Sequence record: MZ560701
Direction: 5' to 3' (one strand)
Source of the DNA: Escherichia phage vB_EcoM_TU01
Length of the DNA stretch: 64,000 nucleotides
The notes under the pieces are model-generated. The model searched no databases. It was not told the DNA's origin and saw only the letters and a program-made list of their open reading frames with translations. Below, piece after piece: positions 36,986-47,821 of the stretch (its first letter is position 1; each line of letters opens with the position of its first letter). The position numbers were made by a program, and so were the translations under genes.

Positions 36986-38670
36986 AATCATTTAAATTAA
37001 ATCGTGTTCGTTATCAAAATATCATGTCGGTAGGCGGGAATCCTATTGATATCCAATTAGATAAAGTCCAAAAGACATTAATCACTGGTAAAAATGGCGG
37101 TGGTAAATCTACGATGTTAGAAGCCATTACTTTCGGACTTTTCGGTAAACCATTTCGTGATGTTAAGAAAGGGCAAATCATTAATAGCACGAACAAGAAA
37201 GAGCTCTTAGTTGAGCTTTGGATGGAATTCGATGGTAAAAAATACTTCATTAAACGTGGCCAAAAGCCCAATATTTTCGAAATCTCCGTTGACGGTGTTC
37301 GTCTTGATGAATCTGCCAGCAGTCGTGACTTCCAAGAAGAATTTGAACGTAGCATCGGAATGTCATACGCGTCTTTTAAACAAATCGTTGTGCTTGGGAC
37401 GGCAGGGTATACCCCTTTCATGGCTCTTAGCACCCCTGCTCGTAGAAAACTTGTCGAAGACCTTTTAGAAGTCGGCACACTCGCTGAAATGGATAAAATC
37501 AATAAGTCTCAAGTTCGAGAACTTAATTCCCAGGGACAAGTTCTCGATGCCAAGAAAGATGGTGTTATCCAACAAATTAAGATTTATAACGAGAATATCG
37601 AACGTCAAAAGAAATTATCTGGTGATAATGTAGCGCGTCTACAGAATATGTATGACGACCTAGCCAAAGAAGCTCGTTCATTAAAAGCAGAAATTGAAGA
37701 AGCTAACGAGCGTCTACTTAATATCGTTCTTGACGAAGACCCTACTGAGGCATTCAACAAGATCGGACAAGAAGCACTCTTGATTAAATCTAAAATTGAC
37801 TCATATAACAAAGTTATTAAGATGTATCATGATGGTGGTACATGTCCTACTTGTGCATCACAGTTGCACCAGGGTGATCCTATTGTCTCTAAGATTACCA
37901 ATAAGCTTCACGAATGTAATCACTCATTCGAGCAACTTACATGTCACAGAGATAATCTGAGTGTCCTAGTGGACGAATATAGAGCTAATGTTAAGACTAA
38001 ACAGGACCTTGCATCTGATATTCGTACCAAGAAACAAGCAATGATTGCCACTATTGATAAAGCTAAGAAAGTTAAAGCTGCAATAGAACAAGCCTCGGCG
38101 GAATTTATCGACCATGCCGATGAGATAGCTTTGCTTCAAAAAGAACTTGATAAAATCATTAAAACAAAATCAGATATCGTTCTTGAAAAATACCATCGTG
38201 GTATTATCACAGATATGTTAAAAGATTCTGGTATTAAAGGTGCTATCATTAAAAAATATGTGCCTCTGTTCAACAAGCAGATTAACCATTATCTTAAAAT
38301 CATGGAAGCTGATTACGTGTTTTCTATTGACGAAGAATTCAATGAATCTATAAAATCACGTGGTCGTGAAGATTTTAGTTATGCTTCATTTAGTCAAGGT
38401 GAAAAAGCACGTATCGATATCGCATTGTTGTTTACATGGCGAGATATTGCTGAAAAGGTCTCTGGCGTTAAAATCAACACTCTGATTCTTGATGAGGTTT
38501 TTGACGGCGCTGTTGATTCTGAGGCTGTTAAGGCTATAGATACCATTCTTGGAAGTTTACAAAACACTAATGTGTTCATTATCTCTCATCGAGACCATGA
38601 CCCTCAACGGTATGGACAGCATCTTCAGATGAGCAAAGTTGGACGATTTACGGTAATGACTGTTTCATAA
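36982..38670 (+). CDS. 46: recombination nuclease subunit gp46 (Rad50/SbcC-like ATPase)
   Basis: Walker A GKNGGGKST, coiled-coil middle with CPTC zinc hook, C-terminal LILDEVF; 562 aa. Confidence 0.9.
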   Translation: MKSFKLNRVRYQNIMSVGGNPIDIQLDKVQKTLITGKNGGGKSTMLEAITFGLFGKPFRDVKKGQIINSTNKKELLVELWMEFDGKKYFIKRGQKPNIFEISVDGVRLDESASSRDFQEEFERSIGMSYASFKQIVVLGTAGYTPFMALSTPARRKLVEDLLEVGTLAEMDKINKSQVRELNSQGQVLDAKKDGVIQQIKIYNENIERQKKLSGDNVARLQNMYDDLAKEARSLKAEIEEANERLLNIVLDEDPTEAFNKIGQEALLIKSKIDSYNKVIKMYHDGGTCPTCASQLHQGDPIVSKITNKLHECNHSFEQLTCHRDNLSVLVDEYRANVKTKQDLASDIRTKKQAMIATIDKAKKVKAAIEQASAEFIDHADEIALLQKELDKIIKTKSDIVLEKYHRGIITDMLKDSGIKGAIIKKYVPLFNKQINHYLKIMEADYVFSIDEEFNESIKSRGREDFSYASFSQGEKARIDIALLFTWRDIAEKVSGVKINTLILDEVFDGAVDSEAVKAIDTILGSLQNTNVFIISHRDHDPQRYGQHLQMSKVGRFTVMTVS

Positions 38671-38696
38671 ACGCTTTAACACGATGTGGTTATAAT
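38670..38696 (+). promoter_or_regulatory. middle-type promoter (GCTTTA, 12 nt, TATAAT)
   Basis: MotA-box-like element and spacing. Confidence 0.4.
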
Positions 38697-38724
38697 GACC
38701 ACATCAAATTAAATGGAGAACAAC

Positions 38725-38913
38725 ATGGAGTATTCAACCGGACAACATCTTCTCGTTGTCCCTGAAATTAAAAAATATGTTTTGACCAACACGTTTTCAG
38801 GTGAAGAACATATTGTTACTGAACAAATGCTCAAATCTGCTTTTAAAGATGAGTATAATAAAATAATGTCTAATCGCAATTCCGCATGGACAGTTACCGA
38901 CTTCTACGAATAA
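38725..38913 (+). CDS. hypothetical protein (62 aa)
   Basis: ATG 38725 after ggag RBS. Confidence 0.45.
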   Translation: MEYSTGQHLLVVPEIKKYVLTNTFSGEEHIVTEQMLKSAFKDEYNKIMSNRNSAWTVTDFYE

Positions 38914-38925
38914 GAGAGAAATAAT

Positions 38926-39342
38926 ATGTTTACTACTGCTAAAGGTTTCACTGCTGCTGATCTGAAAGTTACTTCTATCCGTACTGACGCTAACCCACAT
39001 AACCATAATCGTGTTCGTAAAGCATGGGTCCTGCATTGTGATGACGCAAGTGCTAAAAAACTCCAATCTTTGCCACAAGAAACTCGTTTTATGATTTATG
39101 GTTTTATTGATAACGATGTATCTGATATGTGGATTCATCTGATGCGTAAGCACTATAAAGATTCTATTGAAGCCGGCGGAAAAATCGTTCTTGATAAAGA
39201 TGGTTCTGAGCGTCTGGAAGATCTCTACTGTGTTGATGCCGACGAACAACTAATTGCAGCTGGCGAAATTGTTGCTTCTAAAATTCCAGAATATATTGAA
39301 TCACTGCCTGAAGCTATTAAAAAGCAGATGGTTGCTGCATAA
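38926..39342 (+). CDS. rpbA: RNA polymerase-binding protein RpbA-like
   Basis: Position between 46 and 45 and similar size to T4 rpbA; sequence not independently recognised. Confidence 0.5.
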   Translation: MFTTAKGFTAADLKVTSIRTDANPHNHNRVRKAWVLHCDDASAKKLQSLPQETRFMIYGFIDNDVSDMWIHLMRKHYKDSIEAGGKIVLDKDGSERLEDLYCVDADEQLIAAGEIVASKIPEYIESLPEAIKKQMVAA

Positions 39343-39384
39343 TAAATTTGTTATAAACTTTGAATTGTCTTGAAAGGAAATAAA

Positions 39385-40071
39385 ATGAAACTGTCTAAAG
39401 ATACTATCGCTATTCTGAAAAACTTTGCCTCTATTAACTCCGGCATTCTGCTGAGTCAAGGTAAATTTATTATGACTCGTGCAGTTAATGGCACCACTTA
39501 TGCGGAAGCAAATATCTCTGATGAAATTGATTTTGACGTAGCACTTTATGATTTGAATAGCTTCTTAAGCATTTTGAGTTTAGTGTCTGATGATGCTGAA
39601 ATTTCAATGCACACCGATGGCAATATTAAAATTGCAGATACACGTTCCACAGTTTATTGGCCTGCCGCTGACAAGAGCACCATTGTTTTTCCTAATAAGC
39701 CAATTCAATTCCCAGTGGCTTCTGTGATTACTGAAATTAAAGCCGAAGACCTTCAACAATTGCTTCGAGTTTCACGCGGTCTTCAGATTGATACAATTGC
39801 TATTACAAATAAAGATGGTAAAATTGTTATCAATGGCTATAATAAAGTTGAAGATTCTGGACTAACTCGTCCTAAGTATTCTTTGACTCTTACCGATTAT
39901 GATGGTTCTAACAATTTTAACTTCGTAATCAATATGGCTAATATGAAAATCCAGCCAGGTAACTATAAAGTAATGTTGTGGGGAGCTGGTGATAAAGTTG
40001 CAGCCAAGTTTGAAAGCTCTCAAGTAAGTTATGTTATTGCGATGGAAGCCGATTCTACTCACGACTTCTAA
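39385..40071 (+). CDS. 45: sliding clamp gp45
   Basis: MKLSKDTIAILKNFASINSGILLSQGKFIMTRAVNG closely matches T4 gp45. Confidence 0.95.
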   Translation: MKLSKDTIAILKNFASINSGILLSQGKFIMTRAVNGTTYAEANISDEIDFDVALYDLNSFLSILSLVSDDAEISMHTDGNIKIADTRSTVYWPAADKSTIVFPNKPIQFPVASVITEIKAEDLQQLLRVSRGLQIDTIAITNKDGKIVINGYNKVEDSGLTRPKYSLTLTDYDGSNNFNFVINMANMKIQPGNYKVMLWGAGDKVAAKFESSQVSYVIAMEADSTHDF

Positions 40072-40146
40072 GTCAAAGCTTTACGTTTAATGTGATACTA
40101 TTATGGAGGAGAAATCCTCCAGTTTAATGATAATGAGGAAAATTAC

Positions 40147-41109
40147 ATGATTACTATCAATTCCAAAGAACACATTCTAGAACAGAAATATCGTCCTTCT
40201 TCCATTGACGAATGTATTCTGCCTGCGTATGACCATGAAACATTCAAGTCTTTAGTATCTAAAGGAAAACTTCCTCATATTATTTTGCACTCTCCTTCTC
40301 CTGGCACAGGTAAAACAACCGTAGCAAAAGCATTATGTAATGATATCAATGCCGAAATGATGTTCGTCAATGGTTCTGATTGTAAGATTGATTTTGTGCG
40401 GGGTCCGTTAACCGCATTCGCTCGTTCAGTCTCAATGGAAGGCAAGCCTAAAGTTATTGTTATTGATGAATTTGACCGTAGTGGCCTCGCCGAATCACAA
40501 CGTCACCTTCGTACGTTTATGGAAGAATTCTCTAGTAACTGCTCTATTGTTATTACGGCTAACAACATCGATGGAATTATTGAACCATTACGTAGTCGTT
40601 GTCGAGTTATCGAATTCGGACGTCCAACCGAAGAAGATAAAATCTCGATGATGAAGAAAATGATTCATCGTATGGTTGAAATCTGTAAGAACGAAAATAT
40701 CGAAATCGCTGATATGAAAGTTGTTGCAGCTCTGGTTAAAAAGAACTTCCCAGACTTTCGTCGTACAATTGGTCAATTAGACCAGTACTCGTCTAAAGGT
40801 GTTCTTGATGCGGGTATTTTGTCTATCGTAACTAATGACCGTGGCACAGTCTCTGATGTTATCGAAGCAATGAAGAACAAAGATATCAAACAGCTTCGTG
40901 CATTAGCTCCAAAATATGCCGCAGATTATTCATGGTTCATCGATAAATTAGTTTCAGAATGTTATGACCAAGTTGCACCTGGTAAAAGTATTATTTCGCT
41001 TTATGAAATTGCAGGCGAAAACAATAAGTTTCATGGATTAGCAAGTAATATTGAATTACATGTTATGTATATGCTTCTTCAACTGACCTGCGAACTGACT
41101 TGGAAATAA
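40147..41109 (+). CDS. 44: clamp loader large subunit gp44
   Basis: [15 protein letters not shown] Walker A; VIVIDEFDR; closely matches T4 gp44. Confidence 0.95.
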   Translation: MITINSKEHILEQKYRPSSIDECILPAYDHETFKSLVSKGKLPHIILHSPSPGTGKTTVAKALCNDINAEMMFVNGSDCKIDFVRGPLTAFARSVSMEGKPKVIVIDEFDRSGLAESQRHLRTFMEEFSSNCSIVITANNIDGIIEPLRSRCRVIEFGRPTEEDKISMMKKMIHRMVEICKNENIEIADMKVVAALVKKNFPDFRRTIGQLDQYSSKGVLDAGILSIVTNDRGTVSDVIEAMKNKDIKQLRALAPKYAADYSWFIDKLVSECYDQVAPGKSIISLYEIAGENNKFHGLASNIELHVMYMLLQLTCELTWK

Positions 41110-41110
41110 T

Positions 41111-41674
41111 ATGAACTTATTCGATGATGACGTCCGGCTTAACGAGCACCAAATTGCATGGAAGTCTAATGACGCTGATGCGATTCAAAAATGTGCTGAT
41201 ATGTTTAAAGAAAAACCTGAGAATGAATTCTTTAAAATCATTAATGCTATTAATGAAAAGAAATCTATGTCAATTGCTCAGGTCGACTACTCAAAATTTA
41301 TGGTTGAGAACTCATTATCCCAGTTCCCAGAATGTATGCCAGCTGTTTACATGATGAACTTAGTCGGTTCTGAATTAAGTGATGAAGCGCACTTCAACTA
41401 TATGATGGCGGCAATTCCGCGTGGTCGTCGATTCTCTAAATGGGCTAAACTAGTCGAAGACACTTCAGAGTTACTAGTTATCAAACTGTTGATGAAACGT
41501 TACACAATCAACATGAATGATGCTACCGAGTATAAGCGGCTCCTTGAAAAAAATAACAAGTTGCCAATAGTCCTTAAAGAACTGAAGGCCATGGTCACTG
41601 ATGAGTTTCTCAAAGAAGTTACAAAAAATGTGAAAGAACAAAAACAATTTAAAAAATTAGCATTGGAATGGTAA
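41111..41674 (+). CDS. 62: clamp loader small subunit gp62
   Basis: 187 aa ORF immediately after gp44 and overlapping regA start, as in T4. Confidence 0.85.
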   Translation: MNLFDDDVRLNEHQIAWKSNDADAIQKCADMFKEKPENEFFKIINAINEKKSMSIAQVDYSKFMVENSLSQFPECMPAVYMMNLVGSELSDEAHFNYMMAAIPRGRRFSKWAKLVEDTSELLVIKLLMKRYTINMNDATEYKRLLEKNNKLPIVLKELKAMVTDEFLKEVTKNVKEQKQFKKLALEW

Positions 41675-41676
41675 AA

Positions 41677-42045
41677 ATGATTGAAATTAAATTGAAGAAC
41701 CCTGAAGATTTTCTGAAAGTCAAAGAGACTTTGACCCGTATGGGCATCGCTAATAACAAGGATAAAGTCCTTTACCAGTCTTGTCATATCCTCCAAAAGC
41801 AAGGTAAATATTACATCGTCCACTTTAAAGAAATGCTGCGTATGGACGGACGACAGGTTGATATTGATGGTGAAGACTATCAGCGACGTGATTCGATTGC
41901 TCAGTTGCTTGAAGACTGGGGATTGATTGTTATTGAAGACTCTGCTCGTGAAGATCTGTTTGGCCTGACTAATAACTTCCGTGTTATCTCTTTTAAACAG
42001 AAAGATGACTGGACTTTGAAAGCAAAATATACAATTGGTAATTAA
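41677..42045 (+). CDS. regA: translational repressor RegA
   Basis: MIEIKLKNPEDFLKVKETLTRMGIANNKDKVLYQSCHILQK closely matches T4 RegA. Confidence 0.95.
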   Translation: MIEIKLKNPEDFLKVKETLTRMGIANNKDKVLYQSCHILQKQGKYYIVHFKEMLRMDGRQVDIDGEDYQRRDSIAQLLEDWGLIVIEDSAREDLFGLTNNFRVISFKQKDDWTLKAKYTIGN

Positions 42046-42048
42046 AGC

Positions 42049-42067
42049 AATGGGACTTCGGTCCCAT
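42049..42067 (+). other. UUCG-tetraloop hairpin upstream of gene 43 (terminator-like; possible gp43 translational operator)
   Basis: tgggac-ttcg-gtccca; T4 gp43 autoregulates via an RNA hairpin upstream of its start. Confidence 0.4.
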
Positions 42068-42126
42068 TTGGAGTATAATAAGTTCATCAACAAACAAAAG
42101 ACAATAACTCGTCTAAAGGAAATTAA

Positions 42127-44838
42127 ATGAAAGAATTTTACTTAACGGTTGAACAGATTGGTGATTCAATTTTTGAACGTTACATCGATTCTAATGGCCG
42201 TGAACGTACTCGTGAAGTAGAATATAAACCATCACTGTTTGCTCATTGTCCAGAAAGTCAGGCTACGAAATATTTCGATATCTACGGTAAGCCGTGTACT
42301 CGTAAGTTGTTCGCTAATATGCGTGATGCCTCCCAATGGATTAAACGCATGGAAGATATCGGACTTGAAGCACTTGGCATGGACGATTTCAAATTGGCGT
42401 ATTTGTCTGACACTTATAACTATGAAATCAAATACGACCATACAAAAATTCGTGTGGCTAACTTCGACATCGAAGTAACATCTCCGGACGGGTTCCCTGA
42501 GCCGTCACAAGCAAAACATCCGATTGATGCTATCACCCATTATGACTCAATTGACGACAGGTTCTACGTATTTGATCTATTGAATTCTCCATATGGTAAT
42601 GTAGAAGAATGGTCTATCGAAATCGCTGCTAAGCTTCAAGAACAAGGCGGTGATGAAGTTCCATCCGAAATTATCGATAAAATCATTTATATGCCGTTCG
42701 ATAACGAAAAAGAATTGTTGATGGAATATCTCAACTTCTGGCAACAGAAAACTCCTGTCATTTTGACTGGATGGAACGTTGAGTCATTTGATATTCCATA
42801 TGTGTATAACCGAATCAAGAATATTTTTGGCGAATCTACTGCGAAACGTTTATCACCACATCGTAAAACTCGTGTTAAAGTTATCGAAAACATGTATGGT
42901 TCTCGTGAAATCATTACATTGTTCGGTATCTCTGTTCTTGATTACATTGACCTTTACAAAAAATTCTCTTTTACCAATCAACCGTCGTATTCTCTGGATT
43001 ACATTTCAGAATTTGAATTGAACGTTGGTAAACTGAAATATGACGGCCCTATTTCTAAGCTTCGTGAAAGCAATCACCAACGATACATTTCTTATAACAT
43101 TATCGACGTGTATCGTGTATTGCAAATTGATGGTAAACGTCAGTTCATTAACTTGAGCTTGGACATGGGTTATTATGCTAAGATACAGATTCAATCTGTG
43201 TTTAGCCCAATTAAAACATGGGATGCTATTATTTTTAATAGCCTTAAAGAGCAGAACAAGGTGATTCCACAAGGTCGTTCTCACCCGGTTCAACCTTATC
43301 CTGGCGCTTTTGTTAAGGAACCTATTCCAAATCGATACAAATATGTGATGAGCTTCGACCTCACATCTCTGTATCCAAGTATTATTCGCCAAGTGAATAT
43401 TAGCCCAGAAACAATAGCAGGAACGTTTAAAGTAGCTCCATTGCATGATTATATTAACGCTGTTGCTGAACGTCCTTCTGATGTGTACAGTTGTTCTCCT
43501 AACGGCATGATGTATTATAAAGACCGTGACGGTGTTGTTCCAACTGAAATCACTAAGGTCTTTAATCAACGTAAAGAACATAAAGGTTANATGCTTGCAG
43601 CTCAACGTAATGGTGAAATAATTAAAGAGGCATTGCATAATCCTAATCTTTCTGTTGACGAACCATTAGATGTTGATTATCGTTTCGACTTCAGTGATGA
43701 GATTAAAGAAAAGATTAAAAAGTTGTCTGCTAAATCTCTTAATGAAATGTTGTTTAGAGCTCAACGTACTGAAGTTGCAGGTATGACTGCACAGATTAAC
43801 CGTAAATTGCTTATCAACTCNCTTTATGGTGCACTTGGAAACGTNTGGTTCCGTTATTANGATTTGCGTAATGCTACTGCAATCACAACATTCGGGCAAA
43901 TGGCTTTACAGTGGATTGAACGTAAAGTTAATGAATATCTGAATGAAGTTTGTGGCACAGAAGGTGAAGCTTTCGTTCTTTATGGTGATACAGACTCTAT
44001 TTACGTATCTGCNGATAAAATTATCGATAAGGTTGGTGAATCTAAATTCCGTGATACCAACCATTGGGTAGACTTCTTAGATAAGTTTGCACGTGAACGT
44101 ATGGAACCAGCTATTGATAGAGGTTTCCGTGAAATGTGTGAATATATGAACAATAAACAACACTTAATGTTCATGGACCGAGAAGCTATCGCTGGTCCTC
44201 CGCTCGGTTCTAAAGGTATTGGTGGATTCTGGACTGGTAAGAAACGTTATGCATTAAACGTGTGGGATATGGAAGGTACTCGTTACGCTGAACCTAAGCT
44301 TAAAATCATGGGTCTCGAGACGCAGAAATCTTCGACTCCTAAAGCAGTACAGAAAGCTCTTAAAGAATGTATTCGTCGTATGCTTCAAGAAGGTGAAGAA
44401 TCATTACAAGAATATTTTAAAGAGTTTGAAAAAGAATTCCGTCAATTGAATTATATTAGCATCGCGTCGGTATCTTCTGCGAATAACATTGCTAAATATG
44501 ATGTAGGTGGATTCCCTGGTCCCAAATGTCCGTTCCATATTCGTGGAATTCTGACGTATAACCGGGCTATCAAAGGTAATATCGATGCACCGCAAGTTGT
44601 AGAAGGTGAAAAAGTATATGTTCTGCCTTTACGTGAAGGAAACCCATTCGGTGATAAATGTATCGCATGGCCTTCTGGTACTGAAATCACAGATTTAATT
44701 AAAGACGACGTACTTCATTGGATGGACTACACTGTTCTCCTTGAGAAGACATTTATTAAACCACTTGAAGGATTCACATCAGCAGCGAAACTCGATTACG
44801 AGAAGAAAGCATCTCTGTTCGATATGTTCGATTTTTGA
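42127..44838 (+). CDS. 43: DNA polymerase gp43 (family B)
   Basis: 903 aa; exonuclease and polymerase motifs (DIE, YGDTDS); sequence matches the RB69 gp43 I recall. Confidence 0.97.
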   Translation: MKEFYLTVEQIGDSIFERYIDSNGRERTREVEYKPSLFAHCPESQATKYFDIYGKPCTRKLFANMRDASQWIKRMEDIGLEALGMDDFKLAYLSDTYNYEIKYDHTKIRVANFDIEVTSPDGFPEPSQAKHPIDAITHYDSIDDRFYVFDLLNSPYGNVEEWSIEIAAKLQEQGGDEVPSEIIDKIIYMPFDNEKELLMEYLNFWQQKTPVILTGWNVESFDIPYVYNRIKNIFGESTAKRLSPHRKTRVKVIENMYGSREIITLFGISVLDYIDLYKKFSFTNQPSYSLDYISEFELNVGKLKYDGPISKLRESNHQRYISYNIIDVYRVLQIDGKRQFINLSLDMGYYAKIQIQSVFSPIKTWDAIIFNSLKEQNKVIPQGRSHPVQPYPGAFVKEPIPNRYKYVMSFDLTSLYPSIIRQVNISPETIAGTFKVAPLHDYINAVAERPSDVYSCSPNGMMYYKDRDGVVPTEITKVFNQRKEHKGXMLAAQRNGEIIKEALHNPNLSVDEPLDVDYRFDFSDEIKEKIKKLSAKSLNEMLFRAQRTEVAGMTAQINRKLLINXLYGALGNXWFRYXDLRNATAITTFGQMALQWIERKVNEYLNEVCGTEGEAFVLYGDTDSIYVSXDKIIDKVGESKFRDTNHWVDFLDKFARERMEPAIDRGFREMCEYMNNKQHLMFMDREAIAGPPLGSKGIGGFWTGKKRYALNVWDMEGTRYAEPKLKIMGLETQKSSTPKAVQKALKECIRRMLQEGEESLQEYFKEFEKEFRQLNYISIASVSSANNIAKYDVGGFPGPKCPFHIRGILTYNRAIKGNIDAPQVVEGEKVYVLPLREGNPFGDKCIAWPSGTEITDLIKDDVLHWMDYTVLLEKTFIKPLEGFTSAAKLDYEKKASLFDMFDF

Positions 44839-44878
44839 TATAATGACATGGACGGTAAACTAATTAAATGAGAGAAAT

Positions 44879-45514
44879 ATGAAAACTACTCCTATTACTA
44901 TCGCTATTGACGCAATCATAAAACAAGCTTCTTCTTTGGCCGCTATGGCCAAAGTAATTAGTCAAAACCCTGCTCGTTATAATGCTATTCTAGAAACTCT
45001 TCGACGCCCAGGACTTAGNAATTANGAAAGCCGAGTAATTATTACAGGTGTTGGTAAGAATGCTAATATTGCAACTAAAGCTTCTGAGACATTTGCTTCA
45101 CTCGGTATCCCGAGTATGTACTTGAACACCGGGCATTATTCTCACGGTGATGCAGGATTCATTGCGCCTAATGATGTGTTGATTCATATTAGTCGTTCTG
45201 GTAAAACTGAAGAAATGATAGGCGTTGCTAAGCATCTTAAAATGATTCGTCCGAACGTCAAACAGATTCTGTTGCATTGTAACCCAGACATTCCACAAGA
45301 AAATGAAGCCCTTTTTGATTACTCTTTCTGTACAGGCATCGCAGTAGAGGTTGATGAGAATTCTCTGGCTCCGACTATGTCCACTACATTGTTGTTAGCG
45401 CTTATCGATACTTTTGCTATCAACCTTTCGTCTGAGCGTGGATTTACCTCTAATGACTTCCTTAAGTTCCACCCTGGTGGTGCACTAGGTGCCATGTTAC
45501 GAGGCGAACAATGA
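44879..45514 (+). CDS. SIS-domain sugar-phosphate isomerase (arabinose-5-phosphate isomerase KdsD/GutQ-like, no CBS domains)
   Basis: ITGVGKN...HGDAG...SRSGKTEE...APTMSTT...FHPGGALG parallel the E. coli KdsD SIS domain. Confidence 0.8.
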   Translation: MKTTPITIAIDAIIKQASSLAAMAKVISQNPARYNAILETLRRPGLXNXESRVIITGVGKNANIATKASETFASLGIPSMYLNTGHYSHGDAGFIAPNDVLIHISRSGKTEEMIGVAKHLKMIRPNVKQILLHCNPDIPQENEALFDYSFCTGIAVEVDENSLAPTMSTTLLLALIDTFAINLSSERGFTSNDFLKFHPGGALGAMLRGEQ

Positions 45515-45654
45515 AAGCAATAACAATAGGACTTTTACTATTGATGCTTGTCATGACTATCTACTGGAGCTTAACGGCTCCAGTAATGATTCCAACACTT
45601 GTAATTGGATGGATTATGATTGGACTACAAGCAAAGTATGAATGCTTTAACTAG
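45511..45654 (+). CDS. small membrane peptide (47 aa)
   Basis: Hydrophobic ORF overlapping upstream stop. Confidence 0.35.
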   Translation: MKAITIGLLLLMLVMTIYWSLTAPVMIPTLVIGWIMIGLQAKYECFN

Positions 45655-45695
45655 AATAGTGTACAATACTCCTACTTACCAATGAGGACNNCAAC

Positions 45696-47381
45696 ATGAA
45701 AAAAGCTGTTATTCTTGGTGCTGGACTGGCAACTCGTTTGTATCCAATAACGCATCATATTCCTAAGGTGCTTGTTAACTATAAACAAGACACTATTCTG
45801 AGCAATTTGTATACAATTTATTCTGACCTTGGCGCAGATGAAATTATTGTAGTAGTTCATTCAAAATTTGCTGAAACTGTTCGAGCTTATTGTGAGCAAG
45901 AAGGGTTCAATGTGACTATTCGTACAGTTGATGAAGCGTATGGTTCTGCTTATGCTCTTGCTAAATTACACAAAGATTTAGACGGCCATAATGTAATTGT
46001 TAACTGGTGTGATATTATTCCTGATTTTGGTTCATGGTCTTGGAATGTTAACGCAATCTATGTTAAGGGTGATGAATGTCGATATAATTTCGACGGTGAA
46101 AATATCACTAACGTAGGTTCAACAGGTGGTAATGTTGTAGGAATTTATCAGTTCAAAGACTGGGAATTCTATATGGGTTCTACTGATGAGGAAATTCATG
46201 AATACTGCAAAGGACGTGATTTCGTAGAATTCCTTTACGGCAGCGCATTCAATAAATCAGAGCTTATGAATCTAATTGATTTAGGTGATATGCCTAAACT
46301 TGAAAAAGCTCATGAAGTTCGTGAACTTAATCGTAGTTTTAATGCAGTTGAAATTGGTGAAGAAACTGTAACTAAATTCGCATTAACCGAACAGGGTCGA
46401 GCTCTTCAGAAAGATGAGATTTCATGGTATCTTAAAGTGAAATCAGATTCAGTTCCTCAGTTAGTTTCTGTTAATGAAAATAACTTTGAAATGGAACGCA
46501 TTAAAGGTAAGCCGGCATTTGAATATATTAAATCCAAATCGAGTCTTGCTCGTCCACAAATTGTTGATGCAATTTTAGATGCACTGAAATTCAGCACAGA
46601 CACTTATTTTGTAAGTCCTGAAACTGTTCGTCGTGATTTCACTAAAGAATTCTATACGAAAGTTATTGATCGTTGTGAAAGTATTCAACCATTGATTGAT
46701 TCATTTGGTAAAATCACACATGTGAACTACACTAAGATTGGACGTCTGAAGCCAATGCTGAAACAAGCTTTAGAACACCTTATTCGTTATCATAACCGTT
46801 CTCAGGGACAGTACTCTGTTATTCATGGCGACCCGAACTTCAGTAATACTATGATTACTGATAACGGCGAAGTCAAGTTTATCGACCCTCGTGGATATTT
46901 TGGTGAAACCAAGATTTACGGGCCAAAATTGTACGATGAAGCTAAAGTGCTTTATGCTGTTTCAGGTTATGATGAATTCAACGCTAATCCGACCTGGGGA
47001 CAGTTTACTATTGACGAAACAACTTGTAATGTGACTATTAACATCAATCCATTAATTTACAAATATGGAAAGCTGAGTTCGTTTAACGAGTATCATCATT
47101 TGGCCGTAGCAATTATCTGGATTGCATTAGGTGGTTATTTCAAGAATAATCCACTTAAAGCGGTAGCCGCATATTATAAAGGTATGGAACTTCTGACTAA
47201 GCAATTACGTAACATGGGCCGTGTACTTCAAGACGGCTCTATTAGTTATGACGTAGCAGAACCTGTAACGGCTACTCTGATTACAAAAAATCCTGGTAAA
47301 TGGGTACTAACTGATAAAGAAACTGGTGTTTCCTATCGTCCAATCGGTGGCGATATCACTCATCAATGGGAACGAATCTAA
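45696..47381 (+). CDS. bifunctional sugar-1-phosphate nucleotidyltransferase / APH-ChoK-like kinase
   Basis: N-terminal ILGAGLATRL (GxGTRL sugar-NTase motif); C-terminal HGDPNFSN...KFIDP (kinase catalytic loop). Confidence 0.75.
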   Translation: MKKAVILGAGLATRLYPITHHIPKVLVNYKQDTILSNLYTIYSDLGADEIIVVVHSKFAETVRAYCEQEGFNVTIRTVDEAYGSAYALAKLHKDLDGHNVIVNWCDIIPDFGSWSWNVNAIYVKGDECRYNFDGENITNVGSTGGNVVGIYQFKDWEFYMGSTDEEIHEYCKGRDFVEFLYGSAFNKSELMNLIDLGDMPKLEKAHEVRELNRSFNAVEIGEETVTKFALTEQGRALQKDEISWYLKVKSDSVPQLVSVNENNFEMERIKGKPAFEYIKSKSSLARPQIVDAILDALKFSTDTYFVSPETVRRDFTKEFYTKVIDRCESIQPLIDSFGKITHVNYTKIGRLKPMLKQALEHLIRYHNRSQGQYSVIHGDPNFSNTMITDNGEVKFIDPRGYFGETKIYGPKLYDEAKVLYAVSGYDEFNANPTWGQFTIDETTCNVTININPLIYKYGKLSSFNEYHHLAVAIIWIALGGYFKNNPLKAVAAYYKGMELLTKQLRNMGRVLQDGSISYDVAEPVTATLITKNPGKWVLTDKETGVSYRPIGGDITHQWERI

Positions 47382-47767
47382 TGCACCGTGTAGAAAACAT
47401 GCTTAATCTTTGTTTTGATGTCGATGATTGTATAACAGAGTGGAATAACAATCGTGATTACGTGAACTTCAAGCCGGACGTCGAAATGGTGAATGCCATT
47501 AATGCCCTGTATGATGCAGGGCACACAATAACGCTTTACACTGCTCGCGGTATGAAGTCAGTAGGTCCTGGTCGTATAGCAATTGACATTCTCCCAAGTC
47601 TTATTCAGAACTTGGCAAACATTGGCTTGAAGTACCATAATTTGCTAACACATAAACCAGTATATGATTGGATTATCGACGACAAAGCTATGCGTCCTGA
47701 CGAATTCAAAGCTCTTATGAATAAAGGCGAATTCGAAACATTTAAATCATATAAACCGAATCTATAA
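47380..47767 (+). CDS. HAD-family phosphatase
   Basis: DxDx motif CFDVDDCIT near N-terminus; small KdsC-like size. Confidence 0.65.
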
Positions 47768-47821
47768 TAATTTAAGTAAGACCTGCAAAAACCATCGCAT
47801 CAATTAACGCGAGATGCAAAA